From a virus (Duplodnaviria; Caudoviricetes), in IMG/VR virus record IMGVR_UViG_3300037634_001516, positions 1 to 61,717 of that record: DNA of 61,717 nt; one strand, given 5' to 3'. Position numbers and translations under genes: made by a program. Shown piece after piece: positions 27,677 through 37,305 of this stretch. Each line of letters starts with the position of its first letter. The first letter of the stretch is position 1. The notes under the pieces are model-generated. The model searched no databases. It was not told the DNA's origin and saw only the letters and a program-made list of their open reading frames with translations.

Positions 27677-27874
27677 ATGATTGATAAACATTGTGGTACA
27701 TGTACTAACAACGTTGGTACAACAGAAGTTATTGGACAGGCAGGTAATATCATTTGTGAAGAGTTCAGCAAGACTCTGCCGAACAGCTCGGTCAATCCAG
27801 CTCTGAGTGCCAAGTGCGCTTACTGGACTGACAAGTGTGGCGGTTGCAGTGGTAAAGAAGGCTCTCGGTCATGA
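27677..27874 (+). CDS. Small Cys-rich protein
   Basis: AGGAG RBS; CGTC...C...C motifs. Confidence 0.6.
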   Translation: MIDKHCGTCTNNVGTTEVIGQAGNIICEEFSKTLPNSSVNPALSAKCAYWTDKCGGCSGKEGSRS

Positions 27875-27989
27875 GCTGTGAGAATTGTGGAGGCAGTATG
27901 GTAGGCGATGGGTACAGCGTTGTATTACATTGTGAGTACACAGACCCTGATGGCATGGAGGCCGATGCTGGCCCCATCTACTGCGAAGA

Positions 27990-28013
27990 TTAAAACACTG
28001 TATTATGAAATAA
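27990..28013 (+). promoter_or_regulatory. Putative phage RNAP promoter, copy 7
   Basis: TTAAAACACTGTATTATGAAATAA. Confidence 0.75.
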
Positions 28014-28033
28014 ACACTAAAGAGGTACATTCA

Positions 28034-28240
28034 ATGAGTAATATACTACTATCAGATAACGACATACCTTCAGAGGTATGCCAAGCACTCAGAGTATTAG
28101 ACAAACACTTAGTGAATGTAAATCGAGTAGAAGTCATAGATGCTCGAGGACGGTCTTACGTTAACTTAAACGTAGTCGCTCTCGGCATCGGACTTCAAGA
28201 CGGAATGGATACAGTCAAACTGTTCCTTGAAGAGGAGTAA
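28034..28240 (+). CDS. Hypothetical protein
   Basis: Start at 28034 after GAGGT; VNRVEVID..GRSYV...LQDG..TVKLF. Confidence 0.7.
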   Translation: MSNILLSDNDIPSEVCQALRVLDKHLVNVNRVEVIDARGRSYVNLNVVALGIGLQDGMDTVKLFLEEE

Positions 28241-28411
28241 TTTATATGATAGCTTTAGAACAGTCGGCTTTATTCACTTTAATTGATCAGTATGAAAAAC
28301 TGTGCAAAGAACATCTTAAGAATGGAGGCAACTCTACCTTAGAGGACTTGCTGGCATTTCAAAGAGTGTTGCAGTTTTATACTGATGGTCAATTTTTAGG
28401 AACACCAGAAG

Positions 28412-29005
28412 ATGATTATTAAGTTTAAGATGTGGTTTATGCGTACCCAGTTATACAACTGGTTATTGAAGCACGTAATACCTTATATCAGGTTCAGCAC
28501 TTACTACACTTCTATGCGAGGATGGAAGTATCATCACGTCTACGACAACATACGAGCAGGCGACATTATCCTAACCACGGACAAGAAGAAACTAACCACG
28601 TTTCTGATCGGTGGAGAGTTCAGTCACGCTGCTGTTTGCGTCAGTAAGGATAAAGTCTGGGAAGTGTCAGAAATGACCCACTCAGACTATACGAAGAGTA
28701 CTGTAGCAGACTTGTGCTTTGAAGCGACAAGAGTTGTAGTTCTACGCTGTGAGGATTTCTCTCAAGGGTACACTATGAGTTTCGTCGACAAGGTGAAGAG
28801 CTTTGAAGGAGTGCCTTACGATAACTTATTCGAACTTGGGGTAGAAGCCTTGTCATGTTCAGAGTTGGTTTATGAAGCAGACTACAAACGACTTTTAGAC
28901 GTATCTCTTGAAGACGTCATAGGAATAGGACAATTATACATCAGCCCAACCGGATTAGCTAACGCTAAAAACTGCCGAGTTGTTGTAGATACAGATCTAT
29001 TATAA
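28412..29005 (+). CDS. Permuted papain-like NlpC/P60 amidase (YiiX/YebB-like)
   Basis: GDIILT; FSHAAV; GVPYD; SCSELVY (His before Cys). Confidence 0.8.
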   Translation: MIIKFKMWFMRTQLYNWLLKHVIPYIRFSTYYTSMRGWKYHHVYDNIRAGDIILTTDKKKLTTFLIGGEFSHAAVCVSKDKVWEVSEMTHSDYTKSTVADLCFEATRVVVLRCEDFSQGYTMSFVDKVKSFEGVPYDNLFELGVEALSCSELVYEADYKRLLDVSLEDVIGIGQLYISPTGLANAKNCRVVVDTDLL

Positions 29006-29111
29006 ATAACTATAGGAGAATTCTTATGAACGATTTACCGATATTCGATATCACATTTACTTGTATAGCAATTCTCCTATTTATATTTGGAAAATCTATG
29101 GGGTTAGCGTA

Positions 29112-29753
29112 ATGTGTGGTGTTGTGGGAGTATCTCTCACCAACGTCAACTCTGCAGACATCGCTCTCGTACAGCGTGTGATGAAAGAGACACAAATACG
29201 AGGCATGCATGCTTCCGGAGTAGCTTATCACAATGGGAACAATCTCACAAGAATCGCTACATCTGACCCTATCACACAGCTAGTTGAGAATTTAGACTGG
29301 AGAGAACTAACAGCAAGTGGCAATCTAAACTTGATTGCACATGCTCGCTACAGTACATCCGATTTAGAGTTCCACCAGCCTCTAGGAAACAATGACTTGT
29401 TTATTTCTCACAACGGAGTTATAACACAGGAATCGCCAGATAAATGGGAGGATATTTATGGTCACGTTTACAATACTCGTAACGATTCGGAGATACTTCT
29501 CAACAAGATCAGATCGGGAACTGAAGAAAGTGAAATTAGTTCTGACCTTGTGGGGGCTAGCATTGCTGTCGTTACAATTGATGCTGCTGGCACTGTTAGT
29601 GGATGGCGTAATTCTCTTCGACCTCTTTGGCGTACAGACTTACATAACGGATTTATTTACACCAGTACTCGGGACATAGTTACCAGAGCGTGTGACTCCC
29701 TGACTCCTGTCAAGATGGAATCAGTAGATGGAGCAGAACACCAGTCTCGTTAA
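29112..29753 (+). CDS. Class II (Ntn) glutamine amidotransferase domain protein
   Basis: True start MCGVVG (N-terminal Cys nucleophile); RG.HASG; HARYST; HQP; HNGVI; DSE; RPLW. Confidence 0.88.
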   Translation: MCGVVGVSLTNVNSADIALVQRVMKETQIRGMHASGVAYHNGNNLTRIATSDPITQLVENLDWRELTASGNLNLIAHARYSTSDLEFHQPLGNNDLFISHNGVITQESPDKWEDIYGHVYNTRNDSEILLNKIRSGTEESEISSDLVGASIAVVTIDAAGTVSGWRNSLRPLWRTDLHNGFIYTSTRDIVTRACDSLTPVKMESVDGAEHQSR

Positions 29754-29778
29754 ACCAAATTAAAGGAAGGAGCCTGTT

Positions 29779-30141
29779 ATGTGCAAAGAATTAAGTAGGA
29801 CGGAACTTCGCAGATTGAAACTCAACTGTCTGAAGGCATTGCGAGAAGACAAGTGTGAGGACTGTGGATATTCTGACAGATTCGACATACTGGAGTTCCA
29901 CCACATAGTACCAAGACACCTATCGGGCAGACCCAGCTGGACTGTCGTTCGGGATTGGTCTTGGAAACAACTAAGAGAAGAGTATGACCAACAGTGTGTT
30001 CTGCTCTGTCCCAACTGTCACAAAGTTCGCCATATGGATATGGACGAAGATAGTCGAGATCAGGATGCAGACGATTGGATGGCATACAACTACCAGCACA
30101 TGACTGCTGATGAGATGTTAGAGAAACTGCAAGGAGGATAA
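29779..30141 (+). CDS. HNH endonuclease
   Basis: CEDCG...LEFHH...CVLLCPNCH...H. Confidence 0.85.
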   Translation: MCKELSRTELRRLKLNCLKALREDKCEDCGYSDRFDILEFHHIVPRHLSGRPSWTVVRDWSWKQLREEYDQQCVLLCPNCHKVRHMDMDEDSRDQDADDWMAYNYQHMTADEMLEKLQGG

Positions 30142-30264
30142 CTCGATGGAATGGATAACCGCACGTAACGCAGTAAGACTAACAATTGCTGCAATTATTT
30201 TCACATACATGCAACCTGTGCATGGAATGATAAATTCAATTATTTAATTAAGAGGAACATAAAT

Positions 30265-30495
30265 ATGAGTATCGTAGATCGAATGATTAAAGTACGTGAA
30301 GAAAAGTCAGGCAAAGCCCTGAGCCAAGCTTCTCGTAAACGTTATGAGAACGAAGTTTATAAAGTATTAGAAGCTGCACTAGGTGCGGTGAGCACTCACA
30401 CTCTCGCTTCTGAGACAAAGAAACTCACTTCAAGCACTAATGTCGATGGAGTCGTACGAGACCTTAAGCAACTTCATAAGTCTGAAGTTACCTAA
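30265..30495 (+). CDS. Hypothetical protein
   Basis: GAGGA RBS, 76 aa. Confidence 0.65.
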   Translation: MSIVDRMIKVREEKSGKALSQASRKRYENEVYKVLEAALGAVSTHTLASETKKLTSSTNVDGVVRDLKQLHKSEVT

Positions 30496-30507
30496 ACTGG
30501 AGATGAT

Positions 30508-31134
30508 ATGCGTAGAGCTAATCAGGAAGAAATAGAGCAACTCTTAGAGACTCTCCCACCTGAGGAGAAGAACACTAAGTTTGCTAAAGGTGCACACAAC
30601 CTGTGGGTACGTTTCCACAATTATGGTCGACACGACCCTTGGGTGTTGGAAGACAACGGACAGATCGTTGCAGTGTGTCACATTACAGTACTGAAGAAGC
30701 AAGATTATGCAAACCTGTATGAGATCTACACAATCCCGAACAGTGAAGGCAAAGGTTACGCTAGTAAGCTGTATTGGGAGATCATGGAACATTTGGCCCA
30801 TACCTACCCAGACATCCGATTAAAGATGTCTTGTACTCCTACGAGTATCGGTTGGCATTACAGGAATGGCATCATAGGCTACGGAGTAGATCCTTCTGGT
30901 TCTATTCGAGTAGACGTTCCTATTGCTCCTACAAAGGAAGAACAGTTGGCAGTCAGGGAATCGTGGAGGTCTAACCTAGCGTCTGTACTGCCTCCTCTAA
31001 AGAGCCAAGATAAGCTCTTAAAAGAGAACCCTACCTTCGGTGTAAAGAAGACGGAACAAGTCATTCAAAGCATCCAGACGATGGGTCAATATTATCTCAG
31101 AGAGGAGATACAGCACCGAGAGGGTGCAAAATAA
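30508..31134 (+). CDS. GNAT-family acetyltransferase
   Basis: NLYEIYT.P..EGKGYAS (acetyl-CoA loop); SIGWHYRNG. Confidence 0.78.
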   Translation: MRRANQEEIEQLLETLPPEEKNTKFAKGAHNLWVRFHNYGRHDPWVLEDNGQIVAVCHITVLKKQDYANLYEIYTIPNSEGKGYASKLYWEIMEHLAHTYPDIRLKMSCTPTSIGWHYRNGIIGYGVDPSGSIRVDVPIAPTKEEQLAVRESWRSNLASVLPPLKSQDKLLKENPTFGVKKTEQVIQSIQTMGQYYLREEIQHREGAK

Positions 31135-31165
31135 ATACATGTGGGATTAACCACAAGGAGGATTT

Positions 31166-31951
31166 ATGTCAAATCTAAAAGAATGGGCGATAGCAGGCAC
31201 AGTTGCGCTGTTTATTGGTTTAGGAGGTGGAGTTAACTACCTTCTAGGCAACGCTCAAGAAATAAAAGAAGAAGCAGACTCCGAGATTGGCAATCTCACA
31301 CTAACACTTCTAAAACCTAACCTATATTCTCTTACAGGAGGAGTAGGTGTAGGGGATTGTGAGAAGATTGTACCACAACTCCCTACCAAAGAAGCATTCA
31401 CTGTTATCCTAGAAAGTCCTGGAGGCTCCTTAGCTGACGGGATCTGCTTATCAGCGCACCTCAAACAGCGCAATGTTATAACAGTTATCCGAGACACTCC
31501 TGTTATGAACGAAAACGGAGAGATCGTATACAATCCTGGGCACAATACTGATATGTCCAACAAACTGGCAGAAGAAGGAAGAGACCGTGTAGTCATATGC
31601 GCGTCTGCCTGTTCTCTGTTATTCTTGGGAGGAGACGAGAGGTACTTAATGGGAGATGTCTTCCTTGGTATCCATAGTCCTCGTTCTTCCAACCCTACAG
31701 GAGATTCTGCAGCAATGGAAGCAAACGCCTACAAAACTGCGTCACAACTTCTGAAATTCTTAAGAACAGGACTTCTAGTAGAGGATGCCGAGCTTCGTCG
31801 TGTCTTTATTACTGTCCCAGCTAACTCTATGTACTATCTGAATCCAAAACACTTCAGACAAGCACCTTACTTAGTAGACTTAGCTACTCACTACAATGAC
31901 TTCTTTGGACTTACAGCATCAAATCCAAGAGCTTCATTAGGAGGAAACTAA
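31166..31951 (+). CDS. Membrane-anchored ClpP/crotonase-like (COG3904-type) protein
   Basis: N-terminal TM; LESPGG; CASACSLLFLGG..R; GIHS. Confidence 0.78.
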   Translation: MSNLKEWAIAGTVALFIGLGGGVNYLLGNAQEIKEEADSEIGNLTLTLLKPNLYSLTGGVGVGDCEKIVPQLPTKEAFTVILESPGGSLADGICLSAHLKQRNVITVIRDTPVMNENGEIVYNPGHNTDMSNKLAEEGRDRVVICASACSLLFLGGDERYLMGDVFLGIHSPRSSNPTGDSAAMEANAYKTASQLLKFLRTGLLVEDAELRRVFITVPANSMYYLNPKHFRQAPYLVDLATHYNDFFGLTASNPRASLGGN

Positions 31952-31952
31952 T

Positions 31953-32993
31953 ATGATAAAGTCATTCTTTTTAAGTAAGCAATACGCAGCGTACGCTTGG
32001 CTCATGGGCATGGTGATATGCTCTATCTCTTGGTACTCAGTAGAGTTATCGGTTACACTGAACCAGTGGAATCGTGAGATCTATGATACCTTGCAACAAC
32101 TTGATGAAGCACGCTTCTGGGAGCTGTTGCTTGGTTGGGACTGGGGAGTCTTGCAGTCTTTTATAACTCTTGAAAAAGACTTAATCACAGACAAGCCTAT
32201 TGTTCCATCATTGGTGCAATACATTGTATTCTTTATCCCTATCGCAGTATACTTCACTTGGCAGACTCAACGATACTTGTTTAAGTGGAGACAATCCAAC
32301 ACCGAACATTATCTTCGTCGTTGGGAGAACTGTACAGTAGATATAGAGGGCGCTTCTCAGCGTATACAAGAGGACTTAGCTAAGTTCGGTAAGACTCTTG
32401 AGGGTTTGTTTATTAACGCTCTTAAGTCTGTATTGACGCTTATAGCATTTATCCCTATCCTTTGGACTCTTTCAGAAGGACTGCCGATTTATGATGGTAA
32501 GTTCATTCCAGGATTCCTTGTATGGATTGCCTTGGCTATGTCTGTTGGTGGAACACTGTTGTCTGTCCTCGTTGCTTGGAAGCTCCCTAGTCTGGAGTTC
32601 CGCAACCAAGTGGTTGAAGCTCGGTTCCGTAAGCAGTTAGTTCTTGGCGAGGATAGTATGAGGCATCGTCTCGTCGCGGATTTATTCCCGATGTTCAGCA
32701 GTGTTCGTCGTAACTACTATCGCTTGTTCAACTGGTACATGGGTTTGTCGGTATGGCAGACAGCATTTGGTATCTTGTTGGGCAACGTAGCTCTTATCGC
32801 TCTAGCTCCTGCATTCTTTGCACAGTTGATAACTCTAGGCGTATTCTTCCAAGTGTTGAATGCCTTTAGTCGTGTAGAGAGTAGCATGACATTCTTCGTA
32901 GACTCTTGGTCAATTATCGTAGAATTTATGTCGGTAATTAAGCGTCTGCGCCAATTCAATAAGGCACTGGACGAAGCAGAGGAGAAGAAATAA
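31953..32993 (+). CDS. sbmA: SbmA/BacA-family peptide transporter
   Basis: WR...Y...W; IEGASQRIQED; LIAFIPILW; LEFRNQVVEARFRKQLVLGED; VRRNYYRLF. Confidence 0.9.
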   Translation: MIKSFFLSKQYAAYAWLMGMVICSISWYSVELSVTLNQWNREIYDTLQQLDEARFWELLLGWDWGVLQSFITLEKDLITDKPIVPSLVQYIVFFIPIAVYFTWQTQRYLFKWRQSNTEHYLRRWENCTVDIEGASQRIQEDLAKFGKTLEGLFINALKSVLTLIAFIPILWTLSEGLPIYDGKFIPGFLVWIALAMSVGGTLLSVLVAWKLPSLEFRNQVVEARFRKQLVLGEDSMRHRLVADLFPMFSSVRRNYYRLFNWYMGLSVWQTAFGILLGNVALIALAPAFFAQLITLGVFFQVLNAFSRVESSMTFFVDSWSIIVEFMSVIKRLRQFNKALDEAEEKK

Positions 32994-33472
32994 TGAATGC
33001 ATTTAAAAGATGGGCAGCTCTAGCGTCCCTGATGTTATTAGCAAGTTGGTACTTGGTAGATGCAGGCGTTGTCGAAGAGATCATGTACACAGACGTGAGT
33101 AAGCTTTCCGTTGTGATAGCTGCTCTGCTCACAATAGGTACTGTGCTAATGGGCTACGCATCCTATCGAGTAGGCGTTAACGCTGGTCAGTCTCACAACA
33201 GAGACATCAGACTTTACATGGGCTGGTTTATGGCTGAAGCCATGATGGTCTTAGGTCTGGCTGGTACTGTTGTAGGTTTCATCGTACTGTTCCAAGGGAA
33301 CTTTGCTGATGTGACGTTTGACGATCCAGAGACAGTCCAAGAGGTAATCATAGCCATTGCTTCAGGCATGGGGGTTGCGCTTTATACCACAATCGTAGGC
33401 ATCTTCTCGAGCCTTCTAATGAAGATCATGTTGGTCAATGTAGAAGTTTCGGAAGAAGAACAGGACAACTAA
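32993..33472 (+). CDS. MotA/TolQ/ExbB proton-channel family protein
   Basis: LGLAGTVVGFI...GMGVALYTTIVG. Confidence 0.85.
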   Translation: MNAFKRWAALASLMLLASWYLVDAGVVEEIMYTDVSKLSVVIAALLTIGTVLMGYASYRVGVNAGQSHNRDIRLYMGWFMAEAMMVLGLAGTVVGFIVLFQGNFADVTFDDPETVQEVIIAIASGMGVALYTTIVGIFSSLLMKIMLVNVEVSEEEQDN

Positions 33473-33489
33473 CAAGGAGGACGCATGTC

Positions 33490-34125
33490 ATGAATAAGCA
33501 CAAATTCAAATCGAATACCGCTTTCACCGATCTGCTGTTTCTAATGTTGTCGGGAGTAACCGTACTTTGGGTACTCTCGTTTATTCTGATCAACCCAGTG
33601 GCCAAGACACAGGACGTCGAGTCACATGCCAAGTTCCTTCTAACGATGGACTGGGCAGATGAGTCTAAGGATGACATAGATATGTGGTTACGGAACCCAG
33701 ACGGGTCTATTGTCTACTTCGGTAGCAAGGACAACGGTGGTTCTACTTTGGAGAGAGATGACTTGGGCTTGTCTAGTGATTGTGTATCAAACATGAGCAC
33801 TGGTGAACCTATTTGTGTCTACCTGAACCGTGAGGTTATAGCTGTAAGCAATCCTCAAGCTGGCGAATACCAACTACAGTTCAGAGTGTACAACAAGTAC
33901 TCTTCAGTTGCAGATGGGAATCCTGTGAGGATGGAGATCATACAAGTTACCCCTTATAAGATACTATTTTCAGAGAAGTTCAACTATGCACACAACAAAC
34001 AAAGGATCTCAGTCATTAGGTTTACAGTAGATGCTGACGGCAAGATTGCCAGCTTTAGTGAGACCAAGTCTGATTTCGATATGGCGAAGCCTACGGGCAG
34101 AGCTGACACTGAAACAGGAGGTTAG
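33490..34125 (+). CDS. ExbD/MotB-like TM anchor with a periplasmic domain
   Basis: AFTDLLF TM helix with conserved Asp; DIDMW...PDG...LERDDLG; follows the MotA-like gene. Confidence 0.7.
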   Translation: MNKHKFKSNTAFTDLLFLMLSGVTVLWVLSFILINPVAKTQDVESHAKFLLTMDWADESKDDIDMWLRNPDGSIVYFGSKDNGGSTLERDDLGLSSDCVSNMSTGEPICVYLNREVIAVSNPQAGEYQLQFRVYNKYSSVADGNPVRMEIIQVTPYKILFSEKFNYAHNKQRISVIRFTVDADGKIASFSETKSDFDMAKPTGRADTETGG

Positions 34126-34126
34126 G

Positions 34127-34591
34127 ATGACAGACCATATAGCTTACATTGTAGTGTGGACGTTTGCCTCTCTAGGCTTCCTGTTCACCATACAGACAAT
34201 CTACCCACCTAAGAAGATAGCGGTATCGTTTCTGTTTATACTGGTGACTATCTGTGCGCCTGTTATGCTCTACACTCCTGTTGTAGATTCTCTGGGGTAC
34301 TCTGTAGAGTCGGAAGACGCTTCAACCGCCAAGATGATCGACTACACTGTCGACTCTGAGCAGAAGTGGATACACATATGGGTTTACAATGTTGAAGTTG
34401 ACGAGCCAAGATCATATAAGATTCCGTATACAAAAGAAGACGAAGAGAAGCTATCAGCTGGCAAGAAGAAAGGCGAAGAAGGAGTTCCGCAGCAGGTTAC
34501 AATACCTGGATCGCAGAAAGCCAGTCGTCAAGACCAAGCTGGTGGCAAATTAGAAATTGAAGATTTACCAGATGGAGGTAGAAGAAAGTGA
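34127..34591 (+). CDS. Membrane protein
   Basis: Start at 34127 after GGAGG; two TM segments; EPRSYKIPY. Confidence 0.7.
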   Translation: MTDHIAYIVVWTFASLGFLFTIQTIYPPKKIAVSFLFILVTICAPVMLYTPVVDSLGYSVESEDASTAKMIDYTVDSEQKWIHIWVYNVEVDEPRSYKIPYTKEDEEKLSAGKKKGEEGVPQQVTIPGSQKASRQDQAGGKLEIEDLPDGGRRK

Positions 34592-34791
34592 GCAAGAAGA
34601 AAGTAGAAAACAAAACTAACGTAGTTACTCTAACTGTGGAGCCTAAGAGCAAGAAGCCTGCAGTTAAAAAGGCTAAGAAGATGACTGCGAAACAGCAGAC
34701 ACTGCATGCCTACCAGACAGGCAATATGTCTATCATCGCATTACACCAATTCGGGCCAACTGGCTGGGAAATGTTTAAGGGTGATAAGTAA
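34588..34791 (+). CDS. Small basic protein
   Basis: GTG start with GGAGG RBS. Confidence 0.55.
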   Translation: MSKKKVENKTNVVTLTVEPKSKKPAVKKAKKMTAKQQTLHAYQTGNMSIIALHQFGPTGWEMFKGDK

Positions 34792-35024
34792 TGGTTCCAG
34801 TTATCACAGTAACTATCTACGGGACGGCTTGGTGTGGCCCCTGTAAACAATCCAAGATGTTGTGTGAGACTAAGGACACTCCTTACGTCTTCATCAACAT
34901 CGAGGAAGACACTGACGCAAGACAAATGTTTACCAACCGAGGGTTCCGCACAGTCCCTCAGATCTTTATTGGAGATGAGCACATCGGAGGTTATGACGAC
35001 CTTGTTGCGTTTCACAGTGCATAA
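34791..35024 (+). CDS. Glutaredoxin
   Basis: WCGPC; TVPQIFI; IGGYDDL. Confidence 0.92.
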   Translation: MVPVITVTIYGTAWCGPCKQSKMLCETKDTPYVFINIEEDTDARQMFTNRGFRTVPQIFIGDEHIGGYDDLVAFHSA

Positions 35025-35054
35025 ACACACCGTTATATATATAAGGAGGCAACT

Positions 35055-35894
35055 ATGCTGAGCAAAGAATATGTTGAACAACTGAAGGAAGATGGCTTTG
35101 TTACTCTACAGGACTACTTAGGTGGTTACGAATTGGGTAAGATCCGAGCTGAGATCTCCTGCATGAATGAAATGCACTACAATGAAGAGAACCTGAAAAG
35201 TGGTGTGGCGTATCCTAGTGACTCTACGGAGACACGAACCAGTAATGCCTACCTTATAGGTAACGGGGGGTGTTATTTCCCACATATCAATCTACAGATG
35301 CACGAATACTATGGTATCGATTCTATCCTCGATGACTGGAACTCCTTGATTTCCACATTGGAAGAACACGTACCTACTGTTGGTACAAACACTAACTATT
35401 ACGATGTGTCTGATTCTTCTACGATGATAAACTTTCAAGAATACAGGGAAGCCAGCAAGCCAGTGCCACCGCATATGGACGGCCACTACTTAGAGTATAC
35501 TTGCAACGATGACGGCACTATGTCTGTTACTGAAGCTCTGGTGCCTAATTTTGTTGGTGTGTTGGTCTTGCATAACGAGAACGACAACGATGTGGGTACT
35601 GTACTTGTTGAAGTGGACACAGGTAAGCGTATTCCTGTTCAAGCTGCAGCAGGCGACTTCGTCATATTTGACAACATCCGGTTCACTCATGAAGTACCTT
35701 CGCTGGAGAAGCCACGAGCTATGCTTGGTCTTCGGAACTTTACATACAAGCCTTACAGGTTTACTCAAAAGCGAGTAGCGCCTCTGAAGTCGTATGTCGG
35801 CAGCTTCTTTGAAGGGTATATCGAACGAATCGGAGACAAGGATGCTGTAGAAGCTTGGGATGAAAGCTCAGGTTATGAAGAAGCACCTTTTTGA
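35055..35894 (+). CDS. 2OG-Fe(II) oxygenase (PhyH-like)
   Basis: EDGFV; HMD facial triad; AGDFVIFDN...H...R. Confidence 0.78.
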   Translation: MLSKEYVEQLKEDGFVTLQDYLGGYELGKIRAEISCMNEMHYNEENLKSGVAYPSDSTETRTSNAYLIGNGGCYFPHINLQMHEYYGIDSILDDWNSLISTLEEHVPTVGTNTNYYDVSDSSTMINFQEYREASKPVPPHMDGHYLEYTCNDDGTMSVTEALVPNFVGVLVLHNENDNDVGTVLVEVDTGKRIPVQAAAGDFVIFDNIRFTHEVPSLEKPRAMLGLRNFTYKPYRFTQKRVAPLKSYVGSFFEGYIERIGDKDAVEAWDESSGYEEAPF

Positions 35895-35910
35895 TATAGG
35901 AGATCCCCCA

Positions 35911-36102
35911 ATGTTTGATAATAGAATCAATAGATGTACCTGTGGCTCTAACGACATTGTCGTAAAGTGTACCAGCAGCAGTCATTACGCAGAAGACTAC
36001 GTAGAGTGTCAGACCTGCCTAAAGCAAGGAGCTGGAGAGTTCGGTATCCACGATGCGATACAGAGCTGGAACAGAATAAACCAAGAGGGAGATACATTGT
36101 GA
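35911..36102 (+). CDS. Lar-like zinc-finger protein
   Basis: CTCGS...VECQTC...AIQSWN. Confidence 0.6.
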   Translation: MFDNRINRCTCGSNDIVVKCTSSSHYAEDYVECQTCLKQGAGEFGIHDAIQSWNRINQEGDTL

Positions 36103-36317
36103 GCACAAAAAGGATTAAGTGGTCAGGTACCGCCATCCTCATACTAACAGCTGCGTTGACCGCATTCAACGTGTATCCTCTCAACCTGATTGTAGGATCC
36201 TTCGCGACTATCATGTTAGGTTACGTTGCTTTTGTTGAAAGAGACAAACAGTACATGCTGATCAATCTTATGTTCATCACTTTAAATTTTGTTGGAATAT
36301 GGAGTTATTATGGATAG
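36099..36317 (+). CDS. Small membrane protein
   Basis: GTG start; KWSGT...NVYPLN... three hydrophobic segments. Confidence 0.6.
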   Translation: MSTKRIKWSGTAILILTAALTAFNVYPLNLIVGSFATIMLGYVAFVERDKQYMLINLMFITLNFVGIWSYYG

Positions 36318-37284
36318 GAAAGATCTATTTAAGCAATTCTACGTTAACAGTGCCAAGGTGCAGGACATCGATCCTAACATCTGGATGCTCAACTACGTAA
36401 TAGACCGGATGGAGATGAACGACCAACAAGTGTTGTGGCTTTGTTTCCTGAATGCTATCACGTACCATACACCAACAGCTTTAGTCATCTGGAACGAGTT
36501 TCCTGACCTAGAGTGTGCAGGTATTGAACGGTTGACTGAGTGGTGGGATAAGGAGACGCAGCTTCGATTGCCTTTCCAAACAGACAAGCTCAAGCAACGC
36601 AGACATCTGCCAGAGACAGTAGCCAGTTATAAGGAAATGGTCTGTGGAGATCAGAAAGCGTACTTTGACGGTTTGCTGGACAGTACTCCTGAACAGAACT
36701 TTGAGACATTGTGGACAGAGGCGTACAAACCTATCCGACACTTTGGTCGGTTCTCTGTATGGAACTGGGCACAAACACTCAAGCAAGTAGCAGGGTACGA
36801 CATAGAGCCTACCAACCTATTCCTTGGAGAGCGTAACGCAGAGAGCATCACACACGGTGCTTGTTGGGTTCTCGGTAAAGAAGAGGAATGGGCTTATAAG
36901 AGGAGATGGAAAGATGAACACGGTAAAAAGCACAAAGAAGTACACGTATTCTCCGAAAGTGAGAAAGCAACTCTGGAGGACGGTATCGGCCAAATCATGG
37001 ACGAACTCTGGCAGGAGTATCCGGAAATACTCGTAGATGCATTTAATGTCGAAACGATGTTGTGTGCGTTCAAGAAGTTGTTTAGACAACGAGATAGTCG
37101 ATATGTTGGCTATTATCTCGACAGGCAGGCCATAGACATCAATAAGACTTCATCCAAAGATTGGTATGGGGTTGAGTGGAAGCTGCTCTGGGACGCTCGT
37201 AAGGAGCTGCTACAAGAGGACAAACTTAACGATGCAATACAGAAAGAACGATTTAACCACACAGCAGAGGACAAAATCCTTTAA
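36310..37284 (+). CDS. Amino acid:DNA transferase (aGPT-Pplase2 family)
   Basis: WLCFL...Y; FQTD; HFGRFSVW (HhH-like); ETMLCAFKK; YVGYYLDR; adjacent to a P-loop kinase. Confidence 0.8.
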   Translation: MDRKDLFKQFYVNSAKVQDIDPNIWMLNYVIDRMEMNDQQVLWLCFLNAITYHTPTALVIWNEFPDLECAGIERLTEWWDKETQLRLPFQTDKLKQRRHLPETVASYKEMVCGDQKAYFDGLLDSTPEQNFETLWTEAYKPIRHFGRFSVWNWAQTLKQVAGYDIEPTNLFLGERNAESITHGACWVLGKEEEWAYKRRWKDEHGKKHKEVHVFSESEKATLEDGIGQIMDELWQEYPEILVDAFNVETMLCAFKKLFRQRDSRYVGYYLDRQAIDINKTSSKDWYGVEWKLLWDARKELLQEDKLNDAIQKERFNHTAEDKIL

Positions 37285-37305
37285 ACAGACCAAGGAGTAC
37301 TTACT

